Positions 7,920 to 18,442 of a DNA stretch of 64,000 bases are shown one piece after another (position 1 is the stretch's first letter; each line of letters begins with the position of its first letter). The stretch is from Bdellovibrionales bacterium. Its GTDB lineage: Bacteria; Bdellovibrionota; UBA1018; JADZFF01. Below the pieces are notes generated by a model. The model had not been told where the DNA came from. It saw nothing but the letters and a program-made list of their open reading frames with translations, and ran no database searches. The position numbers were made by a program, and so were the translations under genes. Location of the stretch: the NCBI GenBank assembly GCA_020850015.1, contig JADZFF010000102.1, positions 128 to 64,127 of the forward strand, read 5' to 3'.

Positions 7920-8179
7920 AAGGGAATTCGGGGCAGACCACGGTTGAGTACATCCTCGTGCTCGCCGTGGTGGTTTCGTTCTTCGTGATCGTCCAGCGGG
8001 GCCTTCTGGATTCGGGCGCGATGGGAAAGCTCGGGAACATCACCTCGCGCGGCTTCAAGCAGGCATACGAGTTTGGACATCCGCGCGCCCTGGGCCCGGA
8101 TGAGGGCGGGCCCGAGAAGCACATCAGGATCCCCGAGGGGAACAATTTCCGGATGTTCATCAATCCCAGGGCGAATTGA
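7904..8179 (+). CDS. Flp-like prepilin/pseudopilin with C-terminal extension
   Basis: MAALVKGNSG/QTTVEYILVLAVVVSFFVI. The ATG at 7904 overlaps the cpaA 3' end by 16 nt. 91 aa. Confidence 0.7.
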   Translation: MAALVKGNSGQTTVEYILVLAVVVSFFVIVQRGLLDSGAMGKLGNITSRGFKQAYEFGHPRALGPDEGGPEKHIRIPEGNNFRMFINPRAN

Positions 8180-8190
8180 AGGAGGAGACC

Positions 8191-8718
8191 ATGAAGCTGA
8201 GGAAAAACGAGTCGGGACAGGCCACGATCGAGTTCGCGCTGACCTTGATTCTTCTCCTGGTCTTCGTCTTCTTCTACGTCCAGCTCGGCCTGGTCATGGC
8301 CTTCGCGAATTACGTTCAATACGCCACTTTCATGTCTTCCAGGGCCCTGGTGTCTTCCGCCGCCACGGATCAGGAGCAGAACGAGGCCGCGACCCGCGTC
8401 CTCGGAAGCATGGTCAAGAAAGGGGCCTTCGATACGGGCTCCGACCGCTGGCCCAGCATCGCCAAGGGCGTGGAAGGGGATGCGGTCGTAGGGGCCACCA
8501 TCGGCTCGGGCCCGCTATTCGCCCCGAAAAATAAGGATCAGTCTTGGCAGGAGGGAGTCCGATACACCTTCAGGAGCCGACTGTTCCTGCTGCCGTTCGG
8601 TGACGTGCCGGGCGCCATAAAATTGACGTCAGAAAGCTGGCTAGGGCGCGAGCCCACGAAGAGCCAGTGCGAGACGTTCATGAGTGGCGTTGGGGGGATC
8701 ATCGACAATGGCTGCTGA
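8191..8718 (+). CDS. TadE-like pseudopilin
   Basis: N-terminal ESGQATIEFALTLILLLVFVFF (TadE N-terminal motif). A GGAGGAG RBS lies at 8181-8187. Confidence 0.75.
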   Translation: MKLRKNESGQATIEFALTLILLLVFVFFYVQLGLVMAFANYVQYATFMSSRALVSSAATDQEQNEAATRVLGSMVKKGAFDTGSDRWPSIAKGVEGDAVVGATIGSGPLFAPKNKDQSWQEGVRYTFRSRLFLLPFGDVPGAIKLTSESWLGREPTKSQCETFMSGVGGIIDNGC

Positions 8719-9295
8719 GGAAAAGCCGGCCCCGGAAAGGAAACGGAGCGTCCCTGCGGGGGGCGATGCGGGGGAGTCCGGGCAAAGCATCCTGGAGTTC
8801 CTGCTCATGGTGCCTCTGATGATCGGTCTTTCGACGCTCATGGTGAGGGTGAATACGGTGATTCAGGTTTCGATAGCCAATCAGAAGTACGCGCGTGCCC
8901 AGGCGTTCTTCCTGACTTACAACAGCCCCTATTACCCGGAGCTGCGTCTTCGGCAGCGCCTGGTGAACCAGGAATCCAATGAGATGATCATCGGCGTATC
9001 CGACAAGATCGCGCCGAAGAGCGAGGATCAGGCGGAGTACGACCCGGATCCCATCATCGTTCCGATCGTCTCGGCGTCTTCGCTGGCGGGCGAAAGCCAG
9101 GAACCCGAGCTGCCCCCCGAAGGCGGGAAGCGCGGCCGCGTGCGAGTCCGCACCACCGTCACGCTTTGCACGCAAGTGAACGTCGTCGAGACGGGCGACG
9201 GTTTCGTGCCCTACGACGGGTCTTCGATGCTCACTGAGACCCCCGTCGCCGGGCAGGTCACGTTCCCGTTCTGCAGGGGGGTATTCAGTGAATAA
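8708..9295 (+). CDS. TadE/TadF-like pseudopilin
   Basis: ESGQSILEFLLMVPLMIGLSTLM motif after a charged leader. The ATG at 8708 overlaps the previous gene. Confidence 0.65.
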   Translation: MAAEEKPAPERKRSVPAGGDAGESGQSILEFLLMVPLMIGLSTLMVRVNTVIQVSIANQKYARAQAFFLTYNSPYYPELRLRQRLVNQESNEMIIGVSDKIAPKSEDQAEYDPDPIIVPIVSASSLAGESQEPELPPEGGKRGRVRVRTTVTLCTQVNVVETGDGFVPYDGSSMLTETPVAGQVTFPFCRGVFSE

Positions 9296-10166
9296 TCGCG
9301 CGCTCACGCTATCCGTGGTCATGGGCATCCTCGCGGTGTTCTTCGTGCAAAGCTATGTGACGAGCATCGAGGACGGGGCCCGCAAGAAATTCGGCACCGA
9401 GGTGCTGGTCGTCGCCGCGAAGCAGGATATCGAGGAGATGGGCACGATCGACGAGACGATGCTCGAGCTCAAACCGATTCCCAAGACCTTCCTTGAGCCG
9501 GCCGCGATGGCCTATACCAAGGGCGAGGACGAGCAGGCGATCCAGGCCAAGATCAAGGAGCTGGCCGGCTACGTGGCCAGCGTACCGATCCGCCAGGGCG
9601 AGCAGCTGACGCTGAACAAGATCGTGGAGCCGAGCATCCGGACCGGCCTGGCCCCTCAGGTCACGCCCGGGCGCCGCGCGATCGCGATCCAGGTGAATGA
9701 CATCAGCGCGGTGAGCAAGCTGCTGAAGCCGGGCGACCGCGTGGATCTGACCGCGGTGGTCGAAGTCCAGGCGAACGCCCGGGCAAACCCGCTTGCCACG
9801 AAGCTCGCGAAAACGATCCTTCAGGACATCGTGATCCTGGCCGTGGGCCAATCGGTGACGAACAACGCTCCGCGGATCTTCGAGAAGGACGGCAGCTCCA
9901 CGAAGGCGCCCCTCAAGATGCGCTCGCTGGTGACCTACAATCAGTACACTACGGTGACGATCGAGGTGGAGCCCGCCCAGGCCCAGATGCTGGCCCTCCT
10001 GAACGCCGGCGCGCTCGTGCTCACGCTCCGAAACAACGACGACTCGGAACGCGTGGGCCTCGCCGGCATGACGATGATGGACGTGCTCGGGGCCGACGCG
10101 GTGAAGATCCTGCCGCCGCCGCCCCAGGCGGCGCCGGTGGCCAGGAAACCGGCGGGAGGAAAGTAA
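9288..10166 (+). CDS. cpaB: Flp pilus assembly protein CpaB/RcpC
   Basis: N-terminal TM anchor, then a SAF-like segment (VLVVAAKQDIEEMGTI) and an RcpC-like beta-rich region. It sits between the pseudopilin genes and the secretin gene. Confidence 0.8.
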   Translation: MNNRALTLSVVMGILAVFFVQSYVTSIEDGARKKFGTEVLVVAAKQDIEEMGTIDETMLELKPIPKTFLEPAAMAYTKGEDEQAIQAKIKELAGYVASVPIRQGEQLTLNKIVEPSIRTGLAPQVTPGRRAIAIQVNDISAVSKLLKPGDRVDLTAVVEVQANARANPLATKLAKTILQDIVILAVGQSVTNNAPRIFEKDGSSTKAPLKMRSLVTYNQYTTVTIEVEPAQAQMLALLNAGALVLTLRNNDDSERVGLAGMTMMDVLGADAVKILPPPPQAAPVARKPAGGK

Positions 10167-10170
10167 CGGC

Positions 10171-11847
10171 ATGAAACGGCTCCTCCTGGCGGCGCTTCCC
10201 CTTCTCTCGGCGGCCATCCTGGCCGCTGGGGGAATCGTGCGCGCGGAGGATGAGGCACCCGCTGAGGCGCCTTCGCCCGCGGCGGTTCCGTCTGAGGAGG
10301 CTCAGGCCGCGCCAGCGGCTGGCTCGGACGAGGGCGGAGCGGAACCCGGAAAGAGCCTGATCAGCACGAAGTCGGAGAAATCGGCGGAAAGGCGCCGGGA
10401 GCTCCTCACGATCGGCGAGGACAAGCTCGTCGACCTGGAGTTCGACGCGAACGTGTCAGGCAACGGCGTGATCGAAGGCAACAAGGCCGTGGCGACGGCT
10501 CAGCTCGTGCGCGTCCTGGGCAAACCGAAACAGGTGCTCTTCAAGCCTTTGAAAGAGGGCACTACCACGGTTACCATTCGCGACTCGGAGGCGAAGGTGA
10601 GGGTGATCTTCGACATCACCGTCACCTCGACCAACCTGGCTCAGCTCCTCAGGGAGCTCCAGGACCTGCTTCGCGACATCGAGGGGATCGAGCTGCGTGT
10701 GGTGGGGAAGAACATCCTCGTGGATGGCGAGGTGCTGACGCCCAACGACTACGGACGCCTCCTGGGCGTGATCGAGGAGCCCAACTCGCCCTACAAGGAC
10801 GTGGTGATGAACCTCGTCATGTTCTCGCCTCTCGCTCTCCAGTCGCTCGCCAAGCGCATCGAGGGAGACGTAAAATCCTTCGCTCCCGAGGTGCGGGCCA
10901 GGGTGGTCAACGGCAGGATATGGCTCACCGGATCCGTTGAAAATCGCGACCAGGCTCGAAGGGCCGTGGCGGTTGCGGAGCTCTACGTTCCGGAGGTCCG
11001 GCCGCAGGAGCCCCTCGAGAAGTTCGACGAGAACGCGAAACGGCTCACGCCCAAGCCGCTCATCCAGAATTTCATCACGATCAACGCGCCTCCTCAGAAG
11101 AAGGAGGAGAAGCTCATCAGGATGACCGTTCACTTCGTGGAGCTGAACAAGGACTATGCCCGGACCTTCGGGTTCAAGTGGCAGCCGGGCTTTACCCAGG
11201 ACGAGAGCATCACGCTCGCCACGCAGGAGGACGGGGACGCCGGCGCCGGCGGCTCCGGGAGCTTCACCGCCACCATCTCCAACCTCTTTCCCCGCCTCCA
11301 GAGCGCTCAGTCCGCCGGTTTCGCCCGCGTCCTGAAAACTGGAACGATCATGGTACGGAACGGCCAGGCCGCCTCGCTTCGCGATCTCTCGGGGTTCGCG
11401 TTCTCGCTGCCCAACGCCGGCGGCCAGAGCGGCAACGAGCAGGTCACCACCGGGATCAACGTGGCGGCCACGCCGAAGATCGTGGGCAAGACCGAGGACG
11501 TGGAGCTCGATCTCGATCTGAGGCAGGTCAACATCATCGGCATCACCGTGCAGGGCGCGCCGATCACCGCTACTCACGAAGTGAAGACGAAGATCTTCGT
11601 GCGTTCCAAGGAGAGCGCCGCAGTCGCCGCGGTGAACAGCGCGGAGATCACGACGGAGTTCAACAAGACGGATCCCGCGCCGGGCAGCTTCAGCGGTCAG
11701 ACCGGGCCGCTTTTCTCGCTTCTTCGGTCGAAGGATTACCGGAAGAAGAAGAACCAGGTGGTGATCTTCGTCACGCCGCAGATTGTCGAGAACGCCTCCG
11801 ATGGAACCGCGGACCTCAAGAAGAACTTCAGGGTGAAGGCGGAGTGA
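10171..11847 (+). CDS. cpaC: Tad secretin CpaC/RcpA
   Basis: Signal peptide, BON-like N-domain and a secretin C-domain (ARVLKTGTIMVRNGQAASL...GPLFSLLRSKDYRKKKNQVVIFVTPQIV). Confidence 0.9.
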   Translation: MKRLLLAALPLLSAAILAAGGIVRAEDEAPAEAPSPAAVPSEEAQAAPAAGSDEGGAEPGKSLISTKSEKSAERRRELLTIGEDKLVDLEFDANVSGNGVIEGNKAVATAQLVRVLGKPKQVLFKPLKEGTTTVTIRDSEAKVRVIFDITVTSTNLAQLLRELQDLLRDIEGIELRVVGKNILVDGEVLTPNDYGRLLGVIEEPNSPYKDVVMNLVMFSPLALQSLAKRIEGDVKSFAPEVRARVVNGRIWLTGSVENRDQARRAVAVAELYVPEVRPQEPLEKFDENAKRLTPKPLIQNFITINAPPQKKEEKLIRMTVHFVELNKDYARTFGFKWQPGFTQDESITLATQEDGDAGAGGSGSFTATISNLFPRLQSAQSAGFARVLKTGTIMVRNGQAASLRDLSGFAFSLPNAGGQSGNEQVTTGINVAATPKIVGKTEDVELDLDLRQVNIIGITVQGAPITATHEVKTKIFVRSKESAAVAAVNSAEITTEFNKTDPAPGSFSGQTGPLFSLLRSKDYRKKKNQVVIFVTPQIVENASDGTADLKKNFRVKAE

Positions 11848-11851
11848 GGTC

Positions 11852-13993
<2,142 letters not shown>

Positions 13994-14003
13994 GGGGAAG
14001 GGG

Positions 14004-14879
14004 ATGTTTTCGAGCTGGGAGGCTTTTCTGGGGATTCTGGGCATCGGCGTGGCCGTCGGTGGGATCTCCTATCGCTACAACAAGCGGTTCCTGGAGTGGC
14101 TCCGCTTCCACTCGATCGGCACCCGCGATTACATCGCCGAGCGGCTTTCCTCCATGTTCATCGAGATCCCGCCCAATACGATCTTGATCGGGCAGTTCAC
14201 GCTGAGTTTCGGGTTGGGGTCGGTTGTCTTCCTCCTCCTGCTCCCTAAGTGGTTCCTCGGCCTGTTATTGGGAGGGATTGTGATGATCGTCGGCTGGAAG
14301 GTGCCGAAGCCGGTGGTCGACATGATGTATTCCCGACGGGTCAGCAAGCTCGTGGCCCAGATGGTGGACGGCCTGGGATTGATGTCCAACGGGATGAAAT
14401 CAGGCCTGTCCGTGGTCCAGGCGATGGGCCTCGTGACGCAAGAGATGCAGAACCCCATCCGGCAGGAGTTCGAGCTCATCCTGAACGAAAACAAGTTGGG
14501 CGTCTCGCTGGAGGAGGCGTTCACGAATTTCTCGAAAAGGGTGAAATCGGACGACGTGGAGATGTTCGTCACCTCCGTGAACATCCTGAAGGAGACCGGC
14601 GGGAATTTGGCGGAAACCTTCGATACGATCGTCTCCACGATCCGCGAGCGCGTGAAAGTGGAGAACAAGATCAAGGCTTTGACCTCGCAGGGGCTCGTGC
14701 AGGGGATCTTCGTGATGTCCGTGCCCCCGGTCCTGGGGTTTCTGCTGTATCAGAGCGATCCGGACTTCATGCGGCCCCTGTTTACGACTACCATTGGATT
14801 GATTGTCTGCATGGTGATCGTCGTTCTGGAAGTGATCGCGTTCTTCATCATCAGGAAGATCGTCACGATCGACGTATAA
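14004..14879 (+). CDS. tadB: Flp pilus assembly platform protein TadB (T2SS-F family)
   Basis: A single T2SSF-type domain (LVAQMVDGLGLMSNGMKSGLSVVQAM...NILKETGGNLAETFDTI) flanked by TM helices. Confidence 0.8.
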   Translation: MFSSWEAFLGILGIGVAVGGISYRYNKRFLEWLRFHSIGTRDYIAERLSSMFIEIPPNTILIGQFTLSFGLGSVVFLLLLPKWFLGLLLGGIVMIVGWKVPKPVVDMMYSRRVSKLVAQMVDGLGLMSNGMKSGLSVVQAMGLVTQEMQNPIRQEFELILNENKLGVSLEEAFTNFSKRVKSDDVEMFVTSVNILKETGGNLAETFDTIVSTIRERVKVENKIKALTSQGLVQGIFVMSVPPVLGFLLYQSDPDFMRPLFTTTIGLIVCMVIVVLEVIAFFIIRKIVTIDV

Positions 14880-14922
14880 TGGTTTTCTGGGATTATTCCG
14901 ATCAGACCCATTAGGGGGGTAT

Positions 14923-16614
14923 ATGCATCGTCAAAAGTCCGCCACTCGCTCGCTTGGTATCTTCGCGGCCGCGCTTCTCCTAGGCGCCGCCGCGCCCGCC
15001 CTGGCGAACGTCAGCCTCCGAAACGGGAACTTCTTCATTGGATACACGGACATCATCTATCCGGGGGGGTTCGAGCCCAAGATCGAGCGTGTCTACAACT
15101 CGAAGTCCGGGTTCAGGGGGATCTTCGGCTGGGGTTGGGGAACCGAGTACGAGGTGCATCTCAAGGTGGCCGCCGACGGCAGCGTCGTGGCTCATGAGTA
15201 CGGCGGCGGCGCGGAGAACAGGTTTTCCCCCGTGGCTTTCAACCAGGCGCAGCTTCAGGGAGCGGCCGACGAGATCGCGGCGGCCGCTCAGAAAGCCGGC
15301 GCCGTGGGCAGCGCGGGCCAGTTGGCCGATCTTAAGAAAAGGCTCCTGGGCGACGCGCGTTTCCGCAACCAGGAATGGGAGAAGTACATCCAGCGCGGGC
15401 TCCTGAAGCCCCGGCAGCTTCCGGCGGGGACCCAGCTCACCTCGAATCGCTTCAGTTATCAATACATCACCAAGGTGAAGGACGGGTATGTCCGGAGCTA
15501 CGACAACGGGCGCGTGGAGCAGTTCGCCGAGAACGGCCGCCTCCTGAAGATCTCCGACAAGAACAACAACTTCATCCAGATCTCGTATTCGAAAGACGGC
15601 AAGGCCGACAAGATCGTCGACAACTTCAACCGCAAGATGTTCCTGACCTACAACGCCCAGGGGAACCTGGTGAAGATCCAGGGTGAGAACGGGAAGGAGG
15701 CCGCCTATACCTACGGTTCGCGTGGCGAGCTCCTTACGAGCAAGGACGTGGATGGCAACACCTACGCCTACACCTACGACAAGATCTACAACCTGACCCA
15801 GGTGAAGTACAAGGACGGGACGTCGATGGATATCGCCTACCTGGGCCGGGATCAGAACGATTCCGTGAGATCCGTGAAAGACCGGGATGGAACGCGCACC
15901 GACTACACCTACGACTGGAGCAAGAAGGAAACGGGTTTCCGCTCGGTGGGCGTGAAGGTTCTCGATAAGGATGGGAAGCGGGTCATCTCGCAGAGCGGAT
16001 ACGAGTACCACCTTAAGCGTAAGGCGAGCGGCGAGGAGTGGACCTACAAGATGGTCACCACCATCGACGGCGACCGCAGCGAGACGATCTACAACGAGTG
16101 TTGCGGCCTTCCGCTGATGATCAAACGCGGCGGCGAGGAAACCACTTTCGAGTACGACACGAAGGGGCACGTGACGAAGAAGACCACCCCCACCGAGACG
16201 ACCGTGCTCGCCTACGACCCGAAGCTGGGCAAGGTGACGAAGGTGATGCGCCAGTCGAAGGTGAGCAAGGCGAGCTCGAGTTGGTCGGAGTTCCAGTACG
16301 ACGGCAAGGGGAACCTGGTGTTCGCGAAGAACTCGACGAACAAGGGGGTCCGCCTGTTCTACGACGCCAACGGACGGATCAAGAGCATGGTGGACCAGGA
16401 CCGCCGCCGCATCGACTTCAAGTACAACGAGAACTCGAAGCCGGTGGAGATCACCGACCCCCAGCTCGGCACCATCCGCGTGAGCTACTCGAACAGCGGG
16501 GAGATCAAGAAGGTGGAGAGCACCGCGGGCCGGAAGATCGCGCTGCAGGTGACTTCGGCCTTCCAGAACCTGCTCGACATCATCCGCCCGGCGGGCGTGA
16601 GCCTGAGCTTCTAG
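14923..16614 (+). CDS. Secreted RHS/YD-repeat protein without recognisable C-terminal toxin or core
   Basis: Signal peptide (AAPALA/N) and a DUF6531-like start (GNFFIGYTD...RVYNS...GIFGWGWGTEYE). Many YD repeats follow (YTYGSRGELLTSKDVDGNTYAYTYD, FEYDTKGHVTK, FYDANGRIKS). It ends ...VSLSF. Confidence 0.8.
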   Translation: MHRQKSATRSLGIFAAALLLGAAAPALANVSLRNGNFFIGYTDIIYPGGFEPKIERVYNSKSGFRGIFGWGWGTEYEVHLKVAADGSVVAHEYGGGAENRFSPVAFNQAQLQGAADEIAAAAQKAGAVGSAGQLADLKKRLLGDARFRNQEWEKYIQRGLLKPRQLPAGTQLTSNRFSYQYITKVKDGYVRSYDNGRVEQFAENGRLLKISDKNNNFIQISYSKDGKADKIVDNFNRKMFLTYNAQGNLVKIQGENGKEAAYTYGSRGELLTSKDVDGNTYAYTYDKIYNLTQVKYKDGTSMDIAYLGRDQNDSVRSVKDRDGTRTDYTYDWSKKETGFRSVGVKVLDKDGKRVISQSGYEYHLKRKASGEEWTYKMVTTIDGDRSETIYNECCGLPLMIKRGGEETTFEYDTKGHVTKKTTPTETTVLAYDPKLGKVTKVMRQSKVSKASSSWSEFQYDGKGNLVFAKNSTNKGVRLFYDANGRIKSMVDQDRRRIDFKYNENSKPVEITDPQLGTIRVSYSNSGEIKKVESTAGRKIALQVTSAFQNLLDIIRPAGVSLSF

Positions 16615-16750
16615 GGCCATGCCCCGGAGGCCGACCAAGGATTCGACAGATAACAGCGTTCAGTCGGAGGCCGGGCCCATGTGTCGGGTCGGACACGGAA
16701 CTAAGGGCCTGGAATCAAAGGGGACCGAAATTCCCGCGCGAAGCGAGGCG

Positions 16751-16766
16751 TGGCACCGGAGTTGCT
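16751..16766 (+). promoter_or_regulatory. Sigma-54 promoter (-24/-12)
   Basis: TGGCAC-cggag-TTGCT, an exact match to TGGCAC-N5-TTGCW, 56 nt upstream of the ATG at 16822. An inverted repeat GTGTC-N6-GACAC lies at 16681-16696. Confidence 0.75.
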
Positions 16767-16821
16767 CTCTAGTAGGGCGTATCCGAAGTGATAGAATGAA
16801 AACGAGCAGAGGAGTTTCGAC

Positions 16822-17001
16822 ATGAACAAGCAATTTTCCCTGAAGGCCCTTTTCGCCCTCGTGCTGATCGCCGCGTCGATCTCCAGCGGTTCGGTGCTGG
16901 CCTGCGGCGGCACGAACGACTCGAGCGACTCTAACCCGCCGCCGGATGCCACGGGCACCGGTCCCGGCACCGGTGGCGGCGCAGGCGGCGCGAACCCGTA
17001 A
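16822..17001 (+). CDS. 59-aa predicted lipoprotein with disordered Gly/Pro/Thr-rich mature part
   Basis: ATG with an AGGAG RBS. The signal peptide ends in a lipobox-like VLAC. It is not in the ORF track (<60 aa). Its sequence is MNKQFSLKALFALVLIAASISSGSVLACGGTNDSSDSNPPPDATGTGPGTGGGAGGANP. Confidence 0.5.
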   Translation: MNKQFSLKALFALVLIAASISSGSVLACGGTNDSSDSNPPPDATGTGPGTGGGAGGANP

Positions 17002-17034
17002 TCTCGCGGGACGAGCTCACAATCGATTTTCTTG

Positions 17035-17068
17035 GGAAGGGCGCGGGCCAGTCAGGCCGCGCCCTTCC
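17035..17068 (+). terminator. Strong GC stem-loop after the small lipoprotein gene
   Basis: GGAAGGGCGCGG ... CCGCGCCCTTCC (12-bp perfect stem), followed by a ~150-nt C-rich, G-poor tract. Confidence 0.5.
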
Positions 17069-17221
17069 TGCTTTCCGCCCGCCAACTGATCTCCCACCTC
17101 TGTCCAAGCACTAGCCACCCGCCAGCCTGGGTCACGGCTGACCTCCCCACCCCCCGATTCCGCTTCCCCGCGGGCACCTGAAAACCCCAATCATTTCCGA
17201 ACTTCACCGGGTGTGTCACTG

Positions 17222-17237
17222 TGGCACCACCGTTGCA
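17222..17237 (+). promoter_or_regulatory. Sigma-54 promoter (-24/-12)
   Basis: TGGCAC-caccg-TTGCA, an exact consensus match about 105 nt upstream of the ATG at 17343. Confidence 0.75.
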
Positions 17238-17282
17238 ACCCTTCCCTTCCGTGTAGTTCCGCTGGTTTTGAGAGAGCCCGCG

Positions 17283-17317
17283 GATGTTGAGTTGATGTTG
17301 AAGACACGTTGATGTTG
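17283..17317 (+). repeat. Three direct copies of GATGTTG (two as GTTGATGTTG) in the predicted 5' leader
   Basis: Copies lie at 17283-17289, 17294-17300 and 17311-17317, between the sigma-54 promoter and the RBS of the 17343 ORF. Confidence 0.8.
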
Positions 17318-17342
17318 CTCGCAGAGCGGAAGTGGAGTGCAG

Positions 17343-17618
17343 ATGAATAAGCGCCTTGTTTCGATCATGATGTTCGGTGTGTTTCTTTCCCCCAACGTCC
17401 TGGCCGTTTCCTCGGGAGCCGGTCATGTCGTGCTGTTTGAAGCCAGCGAAGAAGAACGTCCCTCGGGCCGCGCGGCGGGCCGCGACGCCGGTGAGATGAC
17501 CCTGTCCGAGCATTCGGGCAAGGACGCTCAGTGCGCGTTCGATGCGAACCCCCGCCACGCGTTGCTGGAGCGCTCTGGCGACTCCGGCGCCGCGGGACGC
17601 GGCTCGCGCGCGCTCTAA
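17343..17618 (+). CDS. Small (91 aa) secreted hypothetical protein, low complexity
   Basis: GGAG RBS, and the signal-peptide-like MNKRLVSIMMFGVFLSPNVLAVSS. The mature part is charged and Gly/Ala/Ser-rich. No recognisable family. Confidence 0.45.
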   Translation: MNKRLVSIMMFGVFLSPNVLAVSSGAGHVVLFEASEEERPSGRAAGRDAGEMTLSEHSGKDAQCAFDANPRHALLERSGDSGAAGRGSRAL

Positions 17619-17736
17619 GCGCTCGAGTCCGAGATAGGTTGAACCGGGCCCGGCCGGCGTGAACGTTACCTGAGTTAAAAGCGGTACGTAACGCCGGAAG
17701 TTGATGATTGCCGGCCGGCCCGGAAAGACCTCGCTC

Positions 17737-17997
17737 TTACTTCGACGGCTTCGAGTTGAGCTCGCGAATGAGATCGCGCAGCTTCTGGCGCTCGGTGGTG
17801 AGCAGCTCCTCGGCCGATTTCAGGCCCTTCGCCGCGGGAGTGTCCCCCGAAAGCTCCCGCTCCGCCGCCGCCATCCCGGACTTCACGTGATCGGAAACCG
17901 TGCGTCCGTCCCATCGCAGCCAATGGCCCACCGCGAGCACGATCAGGGCAAAAGCAGCCACCTTCAACAGCGTCCAAACGGCTTTAAGCATGCGCAT
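17737..17997 (-). CDS. Small single-pass membrane protein with C-terminal coiled coil
   Basis: MRMLKAVWTLLKVAAFALIVLAVGHW gives a TM helix. Its start overlaps the stop of the upstream CheX-like gene. Last gene of the operon. Confidence 0.45.
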   Translation of the reverse strand: MRMLKAVWTLLKVAAFALIVLAVGHWLRWDGRTVSDHVKSGMAAAERELSGDTPAAKGLKSAEELLTTERQKLRDLIRELNSKPSK

Positions 17998-18442
17998 CTC
18001 CAGGGAGCGAGGCATCGCGCTCCGTGACCACGATGATCTCCCGGCCTGCGGCTCCGCCGGGCAGGTGAAGGTATCGGATGATTTCGGCCTCCGGGGTGGC
18101 GGCGAGCCGCATGGCCAGGGCTACGGCGTCGGACTCGCGTTTCAAGGAGGGCGGAGAGGGAAGCCCGGCCCAGAGATCGGCCAGCCGGCTTGCCAGGAGG
18201 TTTCCGAGCTCGCACCAGGGTGAGGCATCGCCGTCGTCCTCGAAGAAGACATGAAGCAGCGCGGAGCCATCCAGGCCGTGCACGGAAAAGCTGGCGCAGG
18301 CCGGGCGCAGGAAGGCGTCCGCGGGGTTGCGCTCATCCGTTGGCGCGGGGGCGCCGTCGCCCCCCGCGCGTTCCACGCGCCCAAGCCCGTAGAAATCGAA
18401 CGCCAGAGGCAGGAGTTCAGACGCTGAGTGGGCGGAGCTCAT
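17984..18442 (-). CDS. CheX/CheC-like phosphatase candidate
   Basis: SPWCELGNLLASRLA fits the CheC/CheX active-site motif S-x3-E-x2-N (compare ELGNMTAGKLA in CheX). Size ~150 aa. An ATGA overlap joins it to the upstream CheY-like gene. Confidence 0.4.
   Translation of the reverse strand: MSSAHSASELLPLAFDFYGLGRVERAGGDGAPAPTDERNPADAFLRPACASFSVHGLDGSALLHVFFEDDGDASPWCELGNLLASRLADLWAGLPSPPSLKRESDAVALAMRLAATPEAEIIRYLHLPGGAAGREIIVVTERDASLPGDAHA

Noticed and set aside
14980-16638. 552-aa minus-strand ORF opposite the RHS/YD-repeat gene.
   Set aside because: Shadow ORF. The plus strand shows repeated YD motifs and a signal peptide, whereas the minus-frame product is a featureless Arg/Val/Leu-rich sequence.
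17052-17558. 168-aa minus-strand ORF spanning the intergenic region with the second sigma-54 promoter.
   Set aside because: It has no RBS, no domain and an odd composition. It overlaps a terminator hairpin, a promoter and the start of the plus-strand small secreted ORF.
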